DNA of 64,000 nucleotides from Patescibacteria group bacterium (GTDB lineage Bacteria > Patescibacteriota > Minisyncoccia > Phycocordibacterales > PALSA-1337): NCBI GenBank assembly GCA_028865095.1, contig JAGWLA010000001.1, positions 137,806 through 201,805 on the forward strand, given 5' to 3'. Positions 12,659 to 21,871 of this stretch are shown piece by piece. Positions within the stretch are counted from its first letter, which is position 1. Every line of letters begins with the position of its first letter. The notes below the pieces were generated by a model. The model was not told where the DNA came from. It was given only the letters and a program-made list of their open reading frames with translations, and searched no databases. The translations under genes were made by a program, and so were the position numbers.

Positions 12659-12952
12659 ATGATCACTGCCGCAGAACTCGAGCATCTCGCCGCCCTCGCC
12701 CGCATATCCCTCACGGACGGCGACAAGGAGTCGCTGGCCAAGGAATTCGACGCCATCCTCGGCTATGTCGACCAGCTCAAGAAAGCCGACGCCGCGCTCG
12801 ATGCCGAAGGCCGCGTCGGGACGGTCAAGAACGTGGCGCGGCCCGACGAGGCCCGCCCCGTCTCAGCCGAGAGCCGCGAGCGCCTGCTCGCCGAAGCCCC
12901 CGACCGCGAGGGCGATTTCATCGCGGTCAAGAAGATCATCGCCCAGGATTGA
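12659..12952 (+). CDS. gatC: Glu/Asp-tRNA amidotransferase subunit C
   Basis: 97 aa. GatC-like sequence (LARISLTD...LGYVDQL), immediately upstream of gatA. Confidence 0.85.
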   Translation: MITAAELEHLAALARISLTDGDKESLAKEFDAILGYVDQLKKADAALDAEGRVGTVKNVARPDEARPVSAESRERLLAEAPDREGDFIAVKKIIAQD

Positions 12953-12956
12953 CGTC

Positions 12957-14441
12957 ATGATCCCCGACCCGACCAAGCTCACCATACGGGACGCGCATGC
13001 CCAGCTGAAGGAGGGGGCTTTGACGTCCGCCGAGCTCGTCAAAGCCTGCCTCGACCGGATCGCCGAGCGGAACCCGCAGGTCAACGCCTATCTCGAAGTC
13101 TTCTCCGACGCCATGGACCAGGCCGCGGCGGCCGACGCCGCGATCGCCGCTGCCCGGAAAGCGGGGGGCGATTTCAGCCCGCTCCTTGGCATCCCGTGCG
13201 CCATCAAGGACAATATCCTCATCGAAGGGCGCACGGCGAGCGCCGCTTCCAAGATGCTGGAAGGCTATCGGGCGGCGTATGACGCCGTCGCCATCGCCAA
13301 GCTCAAAGCGGCGGGAGCCGTCTTCCTCGGCCGTACCAATATGGACGAATTCGCCATGGGCGGCTCCACCGAGAATTCCGCGTTCGGCCCGACCCGCAAC
13401 CCGCACGACCTCGAGCGGGTCGCCGGCGGGTCGTCGGGCGGATCGGCCGCTGCGGTGGCCATGGACGGGGCGCTCTTCGCCCTCGGCTCGGACACCGGCG
13501 GCTCCATCCGCCAGCCGGCGAGCTTCTGCGGCGTGGTCGGCCTCAAGCCGACGTACGGAGCGGTCTCGCGCTACGGCGTCATCGCCATGGGATCGTCGCT
13601 CGACCAGATCGGCCCTATCGCCAGGACGGTCTCCGACGCGGAGACGGTCTTCGAGGCCATCCGCGGAGACGCCGGGGCCGCCGAAGGGATGCGCGGCGAC
13701 GGGACGGCCTTTCCCGACGGAGCGTATCGGCCGGCGCGCGTCGGCGGCGCCAAGCCGGTCATCGGCGTGCCGCGCCATTTCCTCGGCGGAGACGGGGTCG
13801 ACCCGGCGGTGCTCGCGGCGTTCGACGCCGCCCTGGATTCCTTCCGGGCCAAAGGGTACGAAGTCAAAGACGTCGCCCTCCCGAACGTCTCCTATGCCTT
13901 GCCGGTCTATTACGTCCTCATGCCGGCGGAAGTCTCTTCGAACATGGCCCGCTTCGACGGCATGCGCTTCGGCTTGCACAAGGACGGAGCCGACGGCATC
14001 GGCGACTATTTCGAGAGCCGCAGGGCCGGCCTGGGAAGGGAGGTCATCCGCAGGATCCTCCTCGGCACCTACGTCCTCTCGACAGGCTACCATGACGCCT
14101 ACTACAACCGCGCCGGCGCCGTCCGCCGCATGATCGCCGCCGACTTCGCCGCGGCGTTCGAGACGGTCGACCTCATCGCCACGCCGACCGCCCCGTCGCC
14201 CGCCTTCAAGGTCGGGGAGAAAGCTTCCGACCCGGTGGCCATGTATCTCGAGGACATCTTCACCGTCACCGCCAATCTGACCGGCATGCCAGCCCTTTCC
14301 GTGCCGTGTGGGGACGCTCCCGCCGACCCGTCCCGCGGCCGGCCCGTCCCTCTGCCCGTCGGCATCCAGCTCGCCGCGCGGCACGGCGACGAGCGCGCCT
14401 TGTTCGAGGCGGGCAAGGATCTTCGGGGTGAGGTACAATAG
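12957..14441 (+). CDS. gatA: Glu/Asp-tRNA amidotransferase subunit A (amidase signature)
   Basis: Amidase signature GGSSGGSAAAVA and conserved Ser-cisSer-Lys region. The start was re-assigned to the ATG at 12957, 5 nt after the gatC stop; the track ORF began upstream in a different frame from gatC. Confidence 0.9.
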   Translation: MIPDPTKLTIRDAHAQLKEGALTSAELVKACLDRIAERNPQVNAYLEVFSDAMDQAAAADAAIAAARKAGGDFSPLLGIPCAIKDNILIEGRTASAASKMLEGYRAAYDAVAIAKLKAAGAVFLGRTNMDEFAMGGSTENSAFGPTRNPHDLERVAGGSSGGSAAAVAMDGALFALGSDTGGSIRQPASFCGVVGLKPTYGAVSRYGVIAMGSSLDQIGPIARTVSDAETVFEAIRGDAGAAEGMRGDGTAFPDGAYRPARVGGAKPVIGVPRHFLGGDGVDPAVLAAFDAALDSFRAKGYEVKDVALPNVSYALPVYYVLMPAEVSSNMARFDGMRFGLHKDGADGIGDYFESRRAGLGREVIRRILLGTYVLSTGYHDAYYNRAGAVRRMIAADFAAAFETVDLIATPTAPSPAFKVGEKASDPVAMYLEDIFTVTANLTGMPALSVPCGDAPADPSRGRPVPLPVGIQLAARHGDERALFEAGKDLRGEVQ

Positions 14442-14473
14442 AGCCGTCGGGCCGCACCGGCCCTTCCCATACC

Positions 14474-15133
14474 GTGGACGACAAGAAGAAGAAAACCGCA
14501 GAAGCAGTAGGAGGGACCGCCGCCATCGCGGCTCTCGCCGTGGTGGTCGCCTCGTGGCATCAGATCGTCGCGTACCTCTCGTCCCTTTCCGCGCCCTTGC
14601 GCGCCCCTCTCGAGAAGCTCGACTGGGCCCATTTCCTGGCGAACGTCGACGCCACCATATACTTCATGATCGGCCTTTCCATCCCGATCTCGCTCTTCTT
14701 CCTCATCGGCATCATCTACTGCGTCGAGCGCCTCAAGGTCATCAGGAAGAAAGAGGCCGAGAAGCACGACGTGAAGGTCGAGCCGGCCTTCGAAGCGGCC
14801 AAAGGCGGGGGGGACCGCGACCTTGCGGCCCATTGGGAAAAAGTCCAGAGCATGCTGGGCTCCCAGAACCCGAATGACTGGAAGCAGGCCATCCTCGAAG
14901 CCGATACCATGCTCGACATGATCCTCGACGGCCTCGGCTATCGCGGCGAATCGATCGGCGAGAAGCTGAAGCGGGCCGAGCCGGGGGAGTTCAAGGCGGT
15001 CCAGGACGCGTGGGACGCCCATAAGGTCAGGAACCAGATCGCCCACGAGGCGGGCTTCCAGCTCACCCATCACGAAGCTAACGAGACCATCCAGCGCTAT
15101 CGGAGGGTCTTCGAGGAGTTCTACTATATCTGA
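14474..15133 (+). CDS. Hypothetical membrane protein (GTG start)
   Basis: 219 aa, two predicted TM helices, plausible amino-acid composition. Confidence 0.45.
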   Translation: MDDKKKKTAEAVGGTAAIAALAVVVASWHQIVAYLSSLSAPLRAPLEKLDWAHFLANVDATIYFMIGLSIPISLFFLIGIIYCVERLKVIRKKEAEKHDVKVEPAFEAAKGGGDRDLAAHWEKVQSMLGSQNPNDWKQAILEADTMLDMILDGLGYRGESIGEKLKRAEPGEFKAVQDAWDAHKVRNQIAHEAGFQLTHHEANETIQRYRRVFEEFYYI

Positions 15134-15166
15134 CGCGCCCGGCGCGCGCCGGTCCGGCCATGCATG

Positions 15167-15205
15167 AAAAAGCCGCGACAGCTCGTGTCGCGGCGGGTCC
15201 TTTCG
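15167..15205. terminator. Bidirectional intrinsic terminator between convergent genes
   Basis: A-tract, then hairpin gccgcgaca-gctcg-tgtcgcggc, then a T-rich tail. Confidence 0.5.
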
Positions 15206-15219
15206 TGAGGGCCGCAGGC

Positions 15220-15834
15220 CTATATCGATTCCCAGGCCATGATCTTGGCGCCGTCGTTGGATAGCCGGAGGCGGATGCCTTCGCACTCGCCGAACGCCAT
15301 ATCGACGAAGTTCGGCTGCCCGCAGAAGGCTGCGCCGAGCGCCGGCACCAGCGGCCCGTGGCCGACGATGAGGGCATCCGTCCATTCCCGGCTTTGTAGG
15401 GCTCCGGCGATCGCCGCGTGCGCCTCGCGGGCGATGCCCATGATGGCGTCTTCGCCTCCATGAGCGAAATACTCGCGAAGCGGGACGTAGCCCAGCTCAT
15501 CGAGCAAGCGCTCCATCATCTGCACCCGCGGATCTTCATCGGGAGGATAGAGAGACGATACGACGATCGTCTCGTCGGCGCTGTCGGGCTCCGCCACGAT
15601 GGCGGCGGTCTCTCGTCCCCGCGAAAGAGGGGAGTGGAAGATGAAGTCGTAGGACACGTCCCCGAGCTTCCGACGGCGCTCTTCCGCCTGTCGGCGCCCG
15701 GCGACCGTCAACGGGTGGATCCGATGATTCGGGAAATCGCTGGCCGCCTGGGCCGAGCGCACGATGACTACCGTCTTGATCCGGACGCTCGGGCGCCCAG
15801 GGCGCTGGTCTTTGATATCTGCATGAAGGCTCAT
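15220..15834 (-). CDS. Histidine-phosphatase-superfamily protein (SixA-like) with the nucleophilic His replaced (RSAQ instead of RHG)
   Basis: SixA-like blocks (LT.GRRQAEE, HSPLSRGRETA, VGHGP). The start was chosen at the ATG preceded by AGGAGG. Translation of nt 15780-15721 confirms VRSAQAASDF. Confidence 0.55.
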   Translation of the reverse strand: MSLHADIKDQRPGRPSVRIKTVVIVRSAQAASDFPNHRIHPLTVAGRRQAEERRRKLGDVSYDFIFHSPLSRGRETAAIVAEPDSADETIVVSSLYPPDEDPRVQMMERLLDELGYVPLREYFAHGGEDAIMGIAREAHAAIAGALQSREWTDALIVGHGPLVPALGAAFCGQPNFVDMAFGECEGIRLRLSNDGAKIMAWESI

Positions 15835-16027
15835 GGGCCCTCCTTTCATAGGGTTAAGGGTTTGATTTGAACAGACAAAGGCGATGCCAATGTGCCGCCT
15901 TCTATTTTTTAGCACGCTTACGGAATAAGTCAAGGAATGAGCGGCCCCGCCGGCGCATACCTCTCTGCGGCCGGAAGAGATATACTGTATCCGTGACATT
16001 ATCAGCATTCATCGAATATTCACGAAC

Positions 16028-16531
16028 ATGAAAAGCGCGGAGAAGATGCCCGGTGTCCGGCTCGAAGAAGAGAACGTCCTTGCGGCGGAAGCCGTCGCAG
16101 GGACGGAGGCGGAAAAAGCGCCGGAGGTCCCGGCCGTCCCCGAAGCGATGCCTTCCGAGCTCGAAGGGCCGCATGAGAAGCCCGAAGAAGCTGCCGAGGC
16201 GCCCAAGGAGGCCGTCGATCGGCAGGAGGGAGAGCGATCGCCGGAAGACGAGCAGCGCATAGCGCAGCTGCGGTCGGAATTAGCCGAAGGCGCCGAACGG
16301 TATGAGCAGGCGCAGAGAGCCAAGACGGTAGAATCGGTGTCGTCGCATTCGACGGAGAGGAAATATGTCAGGTGCGAAGCGTGCGGCGGCACGGGAAGGA
16401 AGTGGTTCTTCTTCCGCTGCGGCGTCTGCGGCGGAGGAGGGAGGGTCGTAGAGAGCGAGAAGACGACGCAGTCCGGCTCCGTCAAGCATGCGGTCTCCGG
16501 CGCCGAGGGATCGTCCGAGAAGAGCGGCTGA
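16028..16531 (+). CDS. Hypothetical acidic protein with C-terminal zinc ribbon
   Basis: 167 aa, Glu/Ala-rich, CEACGG...CGVCGG motif. Confidence 0.4.
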   Translation: MKSAEKMPGVRLEEENVLAAEAVAGTEAEKAPEVPAVPEAMPSELEGPHEKPEEAAEAPKEAVDRQEGERSPEDEQRIAQLRSELAEGAERYEQAQRAKTVESVSSHSTERKYVRCEACGGTGRKWFFFRCGVCGGGGRVVESEKTTQSGSVKHAVSGAEGSSEKSG

Positions 16532-16575
16532 TCCGCAAAAAAGCCGCCCGTTCCTGCGGCCGGCCTAGGAAAACC

Positions 16576-17037
16576 TCATGGGCGGTCATCATCGAGCGCG
16601 TCCCAGCACGCTTCGACGGTCCTGATGACGTCGAAACCGGTGAGCTCGGGCGGGAGATATATGATCATGACGCCCTGGTGCTTCTTCCTCGATCGCTTGC
16701 GCGACAGCTTCGACATCGTGATGCCGAAAGAATATGATCGCAGCCCCGAAGCGGTCTGCCGGGTCACTGTGAAGTCTTTTCCTTCATGATCCTCCTTCGA
16801 GAACGGGACGTGCCGGGTGAATCCTGCTATGAGGCCTCTCGAACGCATATATTCGAGTATCCTCTGGAAGTGGCGCTCAAGGCGCCTGCCTCCCCGCCCG
16901 TCATGATTGACTGTGCCACGCGCTGCAGATACTTCCCACCATTCTCTCGGCCCCCTGTCGTTCCGTCTGCTCTCGGAAGGGCTGGGGCCGGTGATGGAGA
17001 TCACGGTCTGATATAGAAAAGAATCGTCATCGCTCAT
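16576..17037 (-). CDS. Hypothetical protein
   Basis: About 153 aa starting at the MSDDDS ATG, which is preceded by GAGGTG. The coding look is plausible but no family was recognised. Confidence 0.35.
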   Translation of the reverse strand: MSDDDSFLYQTVISITGPSPSESRRNDRGPREWWEVSAARGTVNHDGRGGRRLERHFQRILEYMRSRGLIAGFTRHVPFSKEDHEGKDFTVTRQTASGLRSYSFGITMSKLSRKRSRKKHQGVMIIYLPPELTGFDVIRTVEACWDALDDDRP

Positions 17038-17104
17038 TATCCACCTCTTCCGGCAGTATATGGCGTCAGGCAGGGGAGGGCAAGACAGGTGGTATAATTC
17101 CTCC

Positions 17105-18076
17105 ATGATCAAATGGAATGAGGTGACGTGGTATTCGATGGTCCTGGCCGTCGTTCTTGCTGTTGCCACTCTTTGTCTCGGGACATATATCGGCATCTCT
17201 TACAAGGAAACATATCCAGGGTCGGCAGGCATCTCTTATCTGCCGGATTTCCCTGCTTTCCTGTCAAAGGTCCCGATATCAGGCTGGAAGACGTATACAA
17301 GCGCATCGGGGTATGAGATCCTGTATCCCGCTGATATGTGGACCTATATCGTCTGTGCCGGCGGCGCGCAGACCGAGTTCTATGATTCATCGGGCTATGT
17401 ACCGTCATGCGACGAGCCGCATACGATCGCCGAGCTGACCATTTCCGGTCCGAGCAATGTCACGGAGCCGTCCGGAGGAAGCAGGGCCAGGCTCGCCGAG
17501 GGCTTTACATTAGACGGCCTTCCGGCGGTCAGGTATAGCGATCTTCCGACTGGGCAGTCTGGGGATGATCTTGTCACGATGGTGGAGGTCTCCAAAGGGG
17601 GAAGACGCTTCGACATCAGTTTCGATACGATGACGGGCGAAAAAGCGATGACCACTTTCCACTTTATCTCCTCGACAGCCTCTGGGGCAGGCCAGCCGTC
17701 ATCTAGCTCGCCTGATATATCTGCGTGGCGGCTGTTTGAAGGCCCGCAACAAAACGGGTTCCGTATGCGCATGCCTCCCGGGTGGGTCCAAGCTGTCGCA
17801 GCCCCGGCCGGCGGCCCGTGGTATTTTATGAGCACGTCATCCCCGCTCGTCCATGGCATAGGCCTTCCTGCGACGGGGAGCTGGATAGAAATAGCAAGAG
17901 GAATATGCAATGATCACGCGACGAGCTTCGTCGAGAAACACAGCCCCGATGTTTTTGAGGAGACCCTATGCCGGAATGGCTTCCAGATCGCTCTCGGCGT
18001 ATGGGCCAACGATCCGCAACGGCTAGCCGACGAGCAGCTCTTGGAAGATATCGCAGCCACGTTTCAGCCTCTATGA
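17105..18076 (+). CDS. Hypothetical membrane-anchored exported protein
   Basis: N-terminal TM anchor (MVLAVVLAVATLCLG) followed by a ~300-aa globular region. Confidence 0.5.
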   Translation: MIKWNEVTWYSMVLAVVLAVATLCLGTYIGISYKETYPGSAGISYLPDFPAFLSKVPISGWKTYTSASGYEILYPADMWTYIVCAGGAQTEFYDSSGYVPSCDEPHTIAELTISGPSNVTEPSGGSRARLAEGFTLDGLPAVRYSDLPTGQSGDDLVTMVEVSKGGRRFDISFDTMTGEKAMTTFHFISSTASGAGQPSSSSPDISAWRLFEGPQQNGFRMRMPPGWVQAVAAPAGGPWYFMSTSSPLVHGIGLPATGSWIEIARGICNDHATSFVEKHSPDVFEETLCRNGFQIALGVWANDPQRLADEQLLEDIAATFQPL

Positions 18077-18188
18077 TGTGGCGGAGATTCATGTTGCACA
18101 GGTGAGACGGGATTGGCACCAGATAATTATGGAAATTCTGATTTTGTATGAACTAGCCAAGGATGTATAACGCGGTATAATTATCCGC

Positions 18189-20027
18189 ATGGAGATATTC
18201 TCTGTTCAGTCCACGCCCCCTTCGTTCCTGCCGGTCTCTGATATTCAACCAAATCCGACTACAAATAAGTCTGCAAGATTGATCAACATCTTTAGATTTT
18301 TGCTCATCCTATCCTTGATAGGCTGGGGGTTCTTCGTCTTTGAAAATATATTCGGATTGGCGATCTTAACCACACAAGGTACAACTGGTCTAGTGTATTG
18401 GGCAGCTACATGGAATCCATATCTTACTAAACTAGTCATCTCTTTCTCCGTTTTGACTCTGGTGATTCTTTTAATGAATCTCGTTTTTTGGAAAAAGATT
18501 GTTGCTCCAAAGCTCTCGCTTCTTGTCTGGTTAAACCCATTGTTAATAGTCATTGGCGCTTATATCATTGGCACACAATATCCTTCACTTGCTACAAATC
18601 CTTCCACATATCTTGTATTTGATATATTTCAAGCCTGTGTGGCTGTAGTCTCAATCTTATTTCAGTCTTTTATCTATTACAGATTTGAAAGAGCCCGTGC
18701 AGGTATATTTGGTGGCAGTACAACATTCTCTAAAGTGTTTATCTCAACACTCCTAATTTTAACCGCCTGTGTCAGCGCATGGTCATATATCTACGCCCAA
18801 TCATTGAAATCTACAAGCTCAAGCGGATTGACTGGTATATCTACAGCACTGATTGATATATCAACCTGGCAGTCATATTCAAATACAGAATTAGGTTATA
18901 GCATTAAATATCCTCCGCTCAATGATTCTTATACACAGAACCAACCGACAGAGGTCCTAATATACGGAGATCCTCAAGAGGTCGGTTTTCCATATACGCT
19001 TCCTAATGCTAGTGGAGATATTGCTCTGGATAAATACAATCCAAGTGACTGCAAGCAGATATATTCAAAAGTGAATCCTTCTATGAAAACGATCTCGATA
19101 GGGCCAACATCGTATTACTATAGCGATACAGGTCCCGAAGGTGCAATAACAGTTGGAGGATTCCTGTTCGAAGCTGGTTATTTGACTGCACAGAACAGCT
19201 TCTCTGATGGCAGTTGCCTGTTATTGAAATTGACAGCTGGAACCCAGGCTTCGTCGTCAACTCTAGGAGTCATGACAAAGCAACAGATGCAATCACAGAT
19301 CGATATTGCATATGCAATGCTCAGTAGCCTATCGCTGTCGCCGACAACGACAACAGCGATAATCAAGCCTCTCGGTGATTATGCTACCTCGGCCAATATC
19401 GTTCCCATAGGAGCCAATCGTATATACCGTGATACCCATTCATATGTAGGCGTATGTGCCAATTCGGCGGGTCTTTTCAAGACTGTCACCGATCAAACGC
19501 CAGTATGTCGTGACAGTACGAACGCATATATAGATTATGTCTTTATAAGCAATTCCTACGGCTATATCTGCGTGGATACATCCGGGACATCCGTGCTCAT
19601 AAAACAAGCTCCGACGGGGTTCTCGTGCAATCTCGTAAAGACTGCCGTACCGGAGGCTGCTAATTCGAGCGTTTCAGTCCCAAGTAATTCACCGGCTCTA
19701 AGTGTAGACCAAATATCGGCGTGGCAAGGTCAACTCGACTGCGGAAGTCAGACCTACCCTGATTCTCAGACAGCCTCAAATGCATTGGCCAATTCCGTTT
19801 GCTTTGATACAAGATTTAAGATGTGCAAACCGGCAACTATTACCGGTATCGTAGGAGACAAGATAAGCACCAATGCAGTGATTGGCCCGCAAGGGAATCA
19901 ATGCGAAGTCACTCTTGACTTCTCGGGTCCTTCAGGGAGCGCCGGTTGGACATGCCTCTTCGACCCGACGCAACCATTTTCCACTTCAAACGATTCGGTA
20001 GGAAAATACTGTAAACCAAGTAATTAG
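18189..20027 (+). CDS. Hypothetical polytopic membrane protein with large Cys-containing extracytoplasmic domain; AT-rich, likely horizontally acquired
   Basis: 612 aa. About 5 N-terminal TM helices followed by a ~400-aa Ser/Thr/Cys-rich domain. GC content is much lower than the flanks. Confidence 0.5.
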   Translation: MEIFSVQSTPPSFLPVSDIQPNPTTNKSARLINIFRFLLILSLIGWGFFVFENIFGLAILTTQGTTGLVYWAATWNPYLTKLVISFSVLTLVILLMNLVFWKKIVAPKLSLLVWLNPLLIVIGAYIIGTQYPSLATNPSTYLVFDIFQACVAVVSILFQSFIYYRFERARAGIFGGSTTFSKVFISTLLILTACVSAWSYIYAQSLKSTSSSGLTGISTALIDISTWQSYSNTELGYSIKYPPLNDSYTQNQPTEVLIYGDPQEVGFPYTLPNASGDIALDKYNPSDCKQIYSKVNPSMKTISIGPTSYYYSDTGPEGAITVGGFLFEAGYLTAQNSFSDGSCLLLKLTAGTQASSSTLGVMTKQQMQSQIDIAYAMLSSLSLSPTTTTAIIKPLGDYATSANIVPIGANRIYRDTHSYVGVCANSAGLFKTVTDQTPVCRDSTNAYIDYVFISNSYGYICVDTSGTSVLIKQAPTGFSCNLVKTAVPEAANSSVSVPSNSPALSVDQISAWQGQLDCGSQTYPDSQTASNALANSVCFDTRFKMCKPATITGIVGDKISTNAVIGPQGNQCEVTLDFSGPSGSAGWTCLFDPTQPFSTSNDSVGKYCKPSN

Positions 20028-20190
20028 TTATTTCTCATATGATGATTTGTGTTTCGAGCCTCCGCTCTTACATCGTACGGGATTCGTACCATGAAAATGA
20101 ACGGTGCCAGGTCTAACCTGCGGTCATGTGTTTTTCGCCTCTTACGCAGAAAACGGCGGCTCTAAAACTATGGTTCCAAAACGGTCAGGC

Positions 20191-20265
20191 TGGTTGCGGG
20201 GGCCGGAATCGAACCGGCAATTTTCAGGTTATGAGCCTGACGGGTTACCGTTACCCTACCCCGCG
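20191..20265 (-). tRNA. Initiator tRNA-fMet (CAT)
   Basis: CGCGGGG...CCCCGCA-A with a C1:A72 mismatch, anticodon loop CTCATAA, T-arm GCCGGTTCGATTCCGGC, and an encoded CCA. Confidence 0.8.
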
Positions 20266-20338
20266 ATGGTGTCTCCCCATTTTGCCATATTGGAACCCAT
20301 TGTGCAAGCTCTGCTTTTATGCGATATTACCTCGTGAC

Positions 20339-20412
20339 GCCGGTGTAGCTCAGGCAGTTAGAGCGAGGGACTCATAAGCCCTAGGTCGCAGGTGCAAGTC
20401 CTGCCGCCGGCA
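20339..20412 (+). tRNA. tRNA with CAT anticodon (elongator Met or Ile2-lysidine type)
   Basis: Acceptor GCCGGTG/CGCCGGC and anticodon loop CTCATAA. It resembles Ile2 (LAU) tRNAs. Confidence 0.75.
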
Positions 20413-20461
20413 CACTTTGTTTTTCGCCGGATTTCTGGTACATTGATGTCCGTGCCTGTTT

Positions 20462-20535
20462 GCGCCCGTAGTTCAGCTGGCTAGAACGCTCCCCTGTCAC
20501 GGGAGAGGTCGTGGGTTCGAGTCCCATCGGGCGCG
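20462..20535 (+). tRNA. tRNA-Asp (GTC)
   Basis: Cloverleaf with anticodon loop CTGTCAC and T-loop TTCGAGT. Confidence 0.85.
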
Positions 20536-20552
20536 CCGTTCGTTGCAATATG

Positions 20553-20624
20553 CCGATGTAGCTCAGCTGGTAGAGCATTCCCATGGTAAGGGAAAGGTCC
20601 CCGGTTCAATCCCGGGCATCGGCT
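20553..20624 (+). tRNA. tRNA-Thr (GGT)
   Basis: Acceptor GCCGATG/CATCGGC and anticodon loop ATGGTAA. Confidence 0.8.
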
Positions 20625-20655
20625 CCGTATCGTCGCAGCCGCGGGAGCGGCGCAT

Positions 20656-20728
20656 GCCACCTTAGCTCAGTTGGTAGAGCATCCCCTTCGTAAGGGGAGG
20701 GTCCCCGGTTCAAGCCCGGGAGGTGGCT
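20656..20728 (+). tRNA. tRNA-Thr (CGT)
   Basis: Acceptor GCCACCT/AGGTGGC and anticodon loop TTCGTAA. Confidence 0.8.
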
Positions 20729-20747
20729 CAAGGGAAGGGGGAAAGCA

Positions 20748-20824
20748 TGAAGTATTAAGTATTAAGTATGAAGTATAAAGTATGAAGTATAAAGTATGAA
20801 GTATGGAGTATGAGGTATAAAGCA
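20748..20824. repeat. Tandem heptanucleotide repeat (TRAAGTA)x11 encoding overlapping mini-ORFs
   Basis: The sequence is tgaagta ttaagta ttaagta tgaagta taaagta..., giving stop codons in all three frames and six ATG-initiated 3-5 codon mini-ORFs. Confidence 0.8.
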
Positions 20825-21735
20825 TGATGCCGACGGACAAAACTGACATACAGAAGAAGATCGCCGAGCTCGAAGCCGCCATGGGCGCCGCCGATTTTTG
20901 GTCGGACAAAGCCCGCGCCCAAGCGTCCATCAGGGAGCTCCAGGAGCTCAAAGCCGCCCTCGAAGGGGTCGGCAAATACGACAAGGGCGACGCCATCCTC
21001 TCTATCCTCTCGGGCGCCGGAGGCGACGATGCCGAGGACTTCTCGGCCATGCTGCTCAAGATGTACCGGAAATACTGCGAAGGGAAGGGGTGGGGATGGG
21101 ACGTCGTCCATTCCAACGAGAACGACCACGGCGGCTATCGCAACGTGACCGTCGAAGTGTCGGGGAAGGGCGGCGGGCCCGGCGGCCTCGGCCCGTACGG
21201 CACCCTCAAGAACGAGTCGGGCGTCCACCGCCTCGTCCGCATATCGCCGTTCAATTCCAACCAGAAGCGCCAGACCTCGTTCTCCATGGTCGAGGTCATC
21301 CCGAGGTTCGAGACCGCGTCCGAGAAGGACATCGTCATACCCGATTCCGACATCGAAGTCTCGATCGCCAAATCGGGCGGCCCCGGCGGCCAGAACGTCA
21401 ACAAGCGCATGACCGCCGTGCGCCTCCTCCATACGCCGACCGGCATATCCGTGCACGTGACCTCCGAGCGCTCGCTGGAGCAGAACCGCCAGAAAGCCTT
21501 CGACATCATCCGGGCCAAGCTCTGGAAGCACCAGGAAGACGAGCGCAAGGCCAAGGAGAAGGGCATGCAGATATCCTCCACCACCTCCATCGAATGGGGC
21601 AACCAGATCCGCTCGTATGTCCTCCATCCGTATAAGATGGTCAAAGACCACCGCACCGACGTCGAGAGTTCCCAGCCCGACAAGGTCCTCGAAGGCGAGC
21701 TGGACGAGTTCATCGAGGCCGAGAAAGCCCTCTAA
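20824..21735 (+). CDS. prfB: Peptide chain release factor 2 (N-terminally short, no programmed frameshift detected)
   Basis: GGQ motif ([11 protein letters not shown]) and the RF2-specific SPF tripeptide (RISPFNS). It aligns to E. coli RF2 from about residue 38. Confidence 0.85.
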   Translation: MMPTDKTDIQKKIAELEAAMGAADFWSDKARAQASIRELQELKAALEGVGKYDKGDAILSILSGAGGDDAEDFSAMLLKMYRKYCEGKGWGWDVVHSNENDHGGYRNVTVEVSGKGGGPGGLGPYGTLKNESGVHRLVRISPFNSNQKRQTSFSMVEVIPRFETASEKDIVIPDSDIEVSIAKSGGPGGQNVNKRMTAVRLLHTPTGISVHVTSERSLEQNRQKAFDIIRAKLWKHQEDERKAKEKGMQISSTTSIEWGNQIRSYVLHPYKMVKDHRTDVESSQPDKVLEGELDEFIEAEKAL

Positions 21736-21871
21736 GCGCAGCAGGGATATGGCCTGAGGGACACTTCGCAGGAATTTGCCAGCAGGAAAATTCCGAGACG
21801 TAGCGCGAGCCCAGCAGGGCTCGGCGCGCGTCCCTCAGGGCATATCACTGCTGTGCTATAATGGGATTCAC

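Noticed and set aside
20041-20100. tRNA-like T-arm fragment (ggtacgaatcccgtacg on minus strand)
   Set aside because: No complete cloverleaf or acceptor stem could be built. It may be a tRNA remnant or part of an unidentified small RNA.
20104-20584. ORFs 20104-20337 +, 20126-20377 + and 20381-20584 -
   Set aside because: They overlap tRNA genes and have no coding features.
20748-20824. Possible CRISPR array
   Set aside because: It is a 7-nt tandem repeat without spacers, not a repeat-spacer structure. No cas genes are present.
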